A DNA stretch of 64,000 bases, from positions 251,478 to 315,477 of the forward strand of contig NIVC01000540.1 of NCBI GenBank assembly GCA_002269645.1, read 5' to 3'. Position numbers and translations under genes: made by a program. This DNA comes from Macrostomum lignano. Lineage: Eukaryota. Under the pieces are notes generated by a model. It worked only from the letters and a program-made list of their open reading frames with translations, was not told where the DNA came from and did not search any database. Below are positions 61,261 to 64,000 of the stretch, piece by piece (the stretch's first letter is position 1; each line of letters begins with the position of its first letter).

Positions 61261-62001
61261 ATGAATGATAAAAATGAACACATCTATCCTGTGGTTGAGC
61301 TGCATGAAGCAGATTTGAGGGAGCGGGACTATTTCAATCAGAGAAAGGGTGAAATCAAAGGCAGTATTGAATGCATTACGAAAGATCTTACAATTTATAG
61401 CAAAAAGGTAAAAAAGTACAAACGACAAAGTAGCAGGATAAATTGGATCAACATTGTGACAGGAAATGTAAGTCTCTTGGCTGCTACAGGAATTGGCATA
61501 GCAACATCGATACTGACATTGAATCCCTTAGTTATTGGAGTAGTAATCGGGGCAATGAGTGGTTTTGAAGCTGTAAAATCCACGTCGTTGTTTGCAACTG
61601 TGAAAATTCATTGCCAAAAGCAGAAGGCAAAATACATTGTTCTCAGAGATCTGGCCAATAAATACAGAGAGAGATTATATATTTACTCCCAAAAAGCAGT
61701 TGATGATTATAGATTAACTCTTGAAGAGGTTCAAGCAGCTACTGCAATTTATTCAGAATACAGAGAGAAAAGAGATCAATTGTTAGACGCCGGTGTTGCG
61801 CCTGAAGAAGTTAACCATTCGGAAGTCGTTGATAAAATTCTCAAAGAGAGTAGACTTGGTCATTCAGCGAAGGAAAAAATTAAAAAGGAACTGCTGGAGA
61901 AAGATCTGAGAGAAAAATTGGGTCTAGCCGATAAGCCAAAAGAGTACTCGGCAACACTCAATCTTCAATCAAATGCTCCAACTGCACCCCCCTATGCTTG
62001 A
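61261..62001 (+). CDS. Polinton accessory protein with a central hydrophobic (about 2 TM) segment
   Basis: IYPV...KKYKR, then hydrophobic VSLLAATGIGIATSILTLNPLVIGVVIGAMSG and ..DD..LTLEE; resembles a common invertebrate Polinton ORF (recognised from memory). Confidence 0.6.
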   Translation: MNDKNEHIYPVVELHEADLRERDYFNQRKGEIKGSIECITKDLTIYSKKVKKYKRQSSRINWINIVTGNVSLLAATGIGIATSILTLNPLVIGVVIGAMSGFEAVKSTSLFATVKIHCQKQKAKYIVLRDLANKYRERLYIYSQKAVDDYRLTLEEVQAATAIYSEYREKRDQLLDAGVAPEEVNHSEVVDKILKESRLGHSAKEKIKKELLEKDLREKLGLADKPKEYSATLNLQSNAPTAPPYA

Positions 62002-62026
62002 GTCTGTTTAATTTTTTTTCTTAAAA

Positions 62027-64000
62027 ATGGAAAGGAAAATACCAGCGGCCTCTTATGAATATGATCTCGACACCGTTGAAGAAATTCACGGTTTAATCTC
62101 CCCAATTCTTTCTAAACATTTGATGGCTAGAGATTCAATAAAATACAGAATTTCCTTTGTCGCAGAATTTTATAAAGGAACTACCGACAGTTGGATTGAG
62201 TTCCAATATCATTCAAAGTATCGAACTTTGTTAAATCTGCTTCAAGTTGAAGATAGTATTGAAAGTACAATAAGGGATGTTCTGGATGAATTTGATGAAT
62301 GGAAGGATAGTTTTAATGAAAGGGGATCAGGATATTATTTTGTTAAGTTAGTAAAGATTGTGTTGAAAGTTGTTGGCATTAATCAGTTGAAAGGAGGAAC
62401 TTATATTCTAATTCCAATTAAATCAAACGCATTAGTAAATGTTAAGAACACTAAAGACAATAGGTGCTTTCTCTGGTCTATTTTAGCAAAGCTCCATCCT
62501 GTGAAGGAACATAGATATAGAGTTGGTAAGTATACACAGTATATAAATGAAATAAACTTAGGAGACGTTAAATTTCCAGTGGACATTCGAGATATCTCTG
62601 AGATTGAAAAGTTGAACAGTCTTCATATAAATGTGTTTGGATTGAGGGATATAAATACTAAAGAGTCAATATATTCTATTCGTCTGACAGAAGATTACGA
62701 CAACCCCAATGTTATTGATTTACTACTTGTTGAAAATCATTATTGCTTAATAACAGACTTGTGTTTATTCCTCACGTCCCAAAATTACAACAGGGTTTTT
62801 CTTTGTCGAAAGTGTCTTCAAGTCAAATACTCCCAGGATGCACTGGATAATCATAAAGCAATCTGTAATGACTTCAAAGTGTCAATTGAAGTTCCAAAGA
62901 TTGATAAGAGGATATTAAAGTTTAAAAACTACCACATGAGTGTAAGAAAACCATTTGTGTTTTATGCAATATTAGATTATGTAACGATGGATGATAAATC
63001 ACTAGAGCTATCACAATGGACACTTTTTACTAGTTCCGACTATGAGGACATTATAAAATCAAATATTATTTTAAATACTACAGTGGAATCATTCGTTGAA
63101 ACCGTAATAAAAAAGTTTGAGCATATAAAAAATGAAATGGATAGATATAAACATCCAAGATTAAGTGATGTCGAAGAGACTGATTACAAAGCGGCAGAAC
63201 AATGTTTTCTCTGCTCAAGGCCATTTGTAGATAGTAAAAAATTCGAGAGCATAATCACTACAATGGTAAATATCGCGGCGCAGCATGTCAATCATGTAAT
63301 ACCAAAGAGGGCAAGGCGAATCAAACAGTACCGTTGTTTCTCCTGAATGAATCTGGAAAAGATCTAAACTATTTGATAGCTCCATTAACACGAATGAATA
63401 ATAAAAAATATATATTGGATTTTATTTCTAAAACATCGGAAGACCATGTTGCAATTAAGTTGGGGAATTATACCAGTGGTGTTGTGTTTTTAGATGGATC
63501 TAGGTTTTTGGAACCACCATTTACACTCTCTAAAGAAGAAATAAAATATTTGCCACCCAGTGATACAACAGCAGTAATTAGAAAGATTTACTCATTTGTC
63601 AACGCTTTTGAGAAGTTTCGATCAACATTTTTGAAATATTTCAAGATAGATCCTGCGTATTGCTTTTCCCTTTCTGGATTATCGTGGCATGTGGGGTTGA
63701 AATATACTAATGTGTGAATTGGAATTACTTGGTGATAAAGAAATGATATCCATGGTAGAAAGTGGTATTCGCGGCGGTTTCTCTGGAGTTCTTGGAGATC
63801 GATATAAAAAAATGAATAACAAGTATTTAGAAAGTTATGACAGCAATTCTGAATCGTCGTACATGCTATACTTGGACAAGAATAATTTATATGGTGAAGC
63901 AATGATGAAAAATCTACCTGTGGAGATTTCAAGTTTGAAAATGATCTAGAGTATCACAAGAATATTCCTAATGGCAGGGGTTGTTTTCTTGAAGTTGACC
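62027..64000 (+). pseudogene. Polinton protein-primed DNA polymerase B with three frameshifts (~63238, ~63713, ~63922)
   Basis: ERGSG, NVKN..DNRCFLWSILA.LHP, C2H2 finger, EndoVII-like REHNHYNGKYRGAAC (after frameshift), IDPAY, GIRGG, motif A YLDKNNLYG, then GDFKF...FLEVD. Confidence 0.88.

Larger units (their letters stand above)
60654..64000 (+). mobile_element. Polinton/Maverick, left portion; runs off the window
   Basis: AGT-microsatellite end, intronless AT-rich ORFs, protein-primed PolB. Confidence 0.8.

Overview
Eukaryotic (animal) genomic DNA with AT-rich introns and intergenic sequence, GC-rich exons and many minisatellites. The style resembles a flatworm such as Macrostomum, but that is an unverified inference. 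From left to right the window holds: (1) an apparently intact group-2 Helitron (HLE2/Helentron-like) RepHel gene, spliced from 3 exons (4822-12265, 2159 aa; AT-hook-like motif, OTU protease, Zn finger, HUH Rep, Pif1 helicase), with related 14-15 bp arrays in inverted orientation in its first intron and after its stop; (2) a TE-remnant zone with TIR MITEs, a hAT-type MITE and a non-autonomous Helitron-like element; (3) an ATP9/Neo1-type P4-ATPase gene with 10 reconstructed exons (28503-42590), in which 7 introns each carry a different minisatellite and 2 carry a tRNA-derived CORE-like SINE, plus a candidate alternative last exon; (4) RPL10 in 2 exons; (5) a cluster of six intronless Rho-family genes (46632-59537): canonical Rac1, a truncated Rac1 copy, a second Rac and three divergent Rho-like genes with altered effector loops, partly produced by a collapsed ~9 kb tandem duplication containing a Crypton-like recombinase remnant; (6) the left part of a Polinton/Maverick, with an (AGT)3 hairpin, a membrane ORF and a frameshifted pPolB whose exonuclease motifs are degenerate. 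All assignments come from motif recognition and manual translation; no database searches were run.
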